DNA of 8,491 nucleotides, taken from the IMG/VR virus record IMGVR_UViG_2548876935_000015; one strand, given 5' to 3'. Shown one piece after another: positions 7,955-8,491 of the stretch (the first letter of the stretch is position 1; each line of letters begins with the position of its first letter). A program made the translations under genes and the position numbers. Below the pieces are notes generated by a model that worked only from the letters and a program-made list of their open reading frames with translations, did no database searches and had not been told where the DNA came from. The stretch comes from a virus (lineage: Duplodnaviria; Heunggongvirae; Uroviricota; Caudoviricetes).

Positions 7955-8491
7955 ATGTCATTTATTAAAACTTTTTCCGGGAAGCATTTTTATTATGACA
8001 AGATAAATAAAGACGACATCGTGATTAACGATATCGCGGTTTCCCTTTCAAATATCTGTCGCTTTGCAGGACATCTTTCACACTTCTACAGCGTCGCCCA
8101 GCATGCGGTGCTTTGCAGCCAGCTGGTACCGCAGGAATTTGCTTTTGAAGCGTTAATGCATGATGCAACAGAAGCGTATTGCCAGGACATCCCGGCTCCA
8201 CTGAAACGCCTTCTTCCTGATTATAAACGGATGGAAGAAAAAATAGACGCCGTAATCCGTGAGAAATACGGGTTACCCCCGGTTATGAGCACACCTGTGA
8301 AATATGCCGATCTCATCATGCTGGCAACCGAACGCCGCGATCTCGGACTTGATGATGGCTCTTTCTGGCCTGTACTGGAAGGCATCCCGGCAACAGAGAT
8401 GTTCAAAGTTATTCCACTGGCTCCGAGCCATGCCTACGGGATGTTTATGGAGCGCTTTAACGAGTTATCGGAGTTACGCACATGCGCATGA
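7955..8491 (+). CDS. yfdR: HD-domain phosphohydrolase, YfdR-like (putative 5'-deoxynucleotidase), 178 aa
   Basis: ATG at 7955 with GGAGAA upstream. Translation MSFIKTFSGKHFYYDK... contains conserved His and an HD dipeptide (AGHLSHF, AQHAV, LMHDATEAY) typical of HD-domain metal-dependent phosphohydrolases. The stop coincides with the window end. Confidence 0.85.
   Translation: MSFIKTFSGKHFYYDKINKDDIVINDIAVSLSNICRFAGHLSHFYSVAQHAVLCSQLVPQEFAFEALMHDATEAYCQDIPAPLKRLLPDYKRMEEKIDAVIREKYGLPPVMSTPVKYADLIMLATERRDLGLDDGSFWPVLEGIPATEMFKVIPLAPSHAYGMFMERFNELSELRTCA

Noticed and set aside
6420-8132. The 11-mer GCTGGTACCGC occurs both in the 6392-6437 terminator stem (6420-6430) and inside yfdR (8122-8132)
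   Set aside because: A single short exact match with no flanking similarity; most likely coincidence rather than a repeat or recombination site.
7470-8406. Minus-strand ORFs 7470-7715 and 8221-8406
   Set aside because: Antisense within yfdQ and yfdR; no SD.

Overview
This window reads as a mosaic segment of a cryptic lambdoid prophage from an enterobacterium (E. coli-like). Gene identities are from my own reading of the translated ORFs against remembered protein families; no database search was run. The left two-thirds (1-5528) is a Qin-like late region on the minus strand: a phage 21-type lysis cassette (pinholin S, a DUF1327 gene, a SAR-type lysozyme R, and the nested Rz/Rz1 spanin pair) interleaved with three cold-shock paralogs (cspI, cspB, cspF) and small accessory genes (gnsB, ynfN, ynfU). 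The right part (6575-8491) is a plus-strand yfdP-yfdQ-yfdR module of the kind found in CPS-53-like prophages, ending in an HD-domain phosphohydrolase. The two modules are joined by about 1 kb with no convincing protein gene, containing bidirectional terminators, a late-promoter-like element, a GC-rich hairpin-rich block and a structured leader upstream of yfdP. No Q antiterminator gene is present. The most notable observations are that the lysozyme reading frame is split by an in-frame TGA, and that a convergent orphan ORF with its own terminator sits inside the lysis cassette. I found no multi-gene defence system, CRISPR array, tRNA or IS element.
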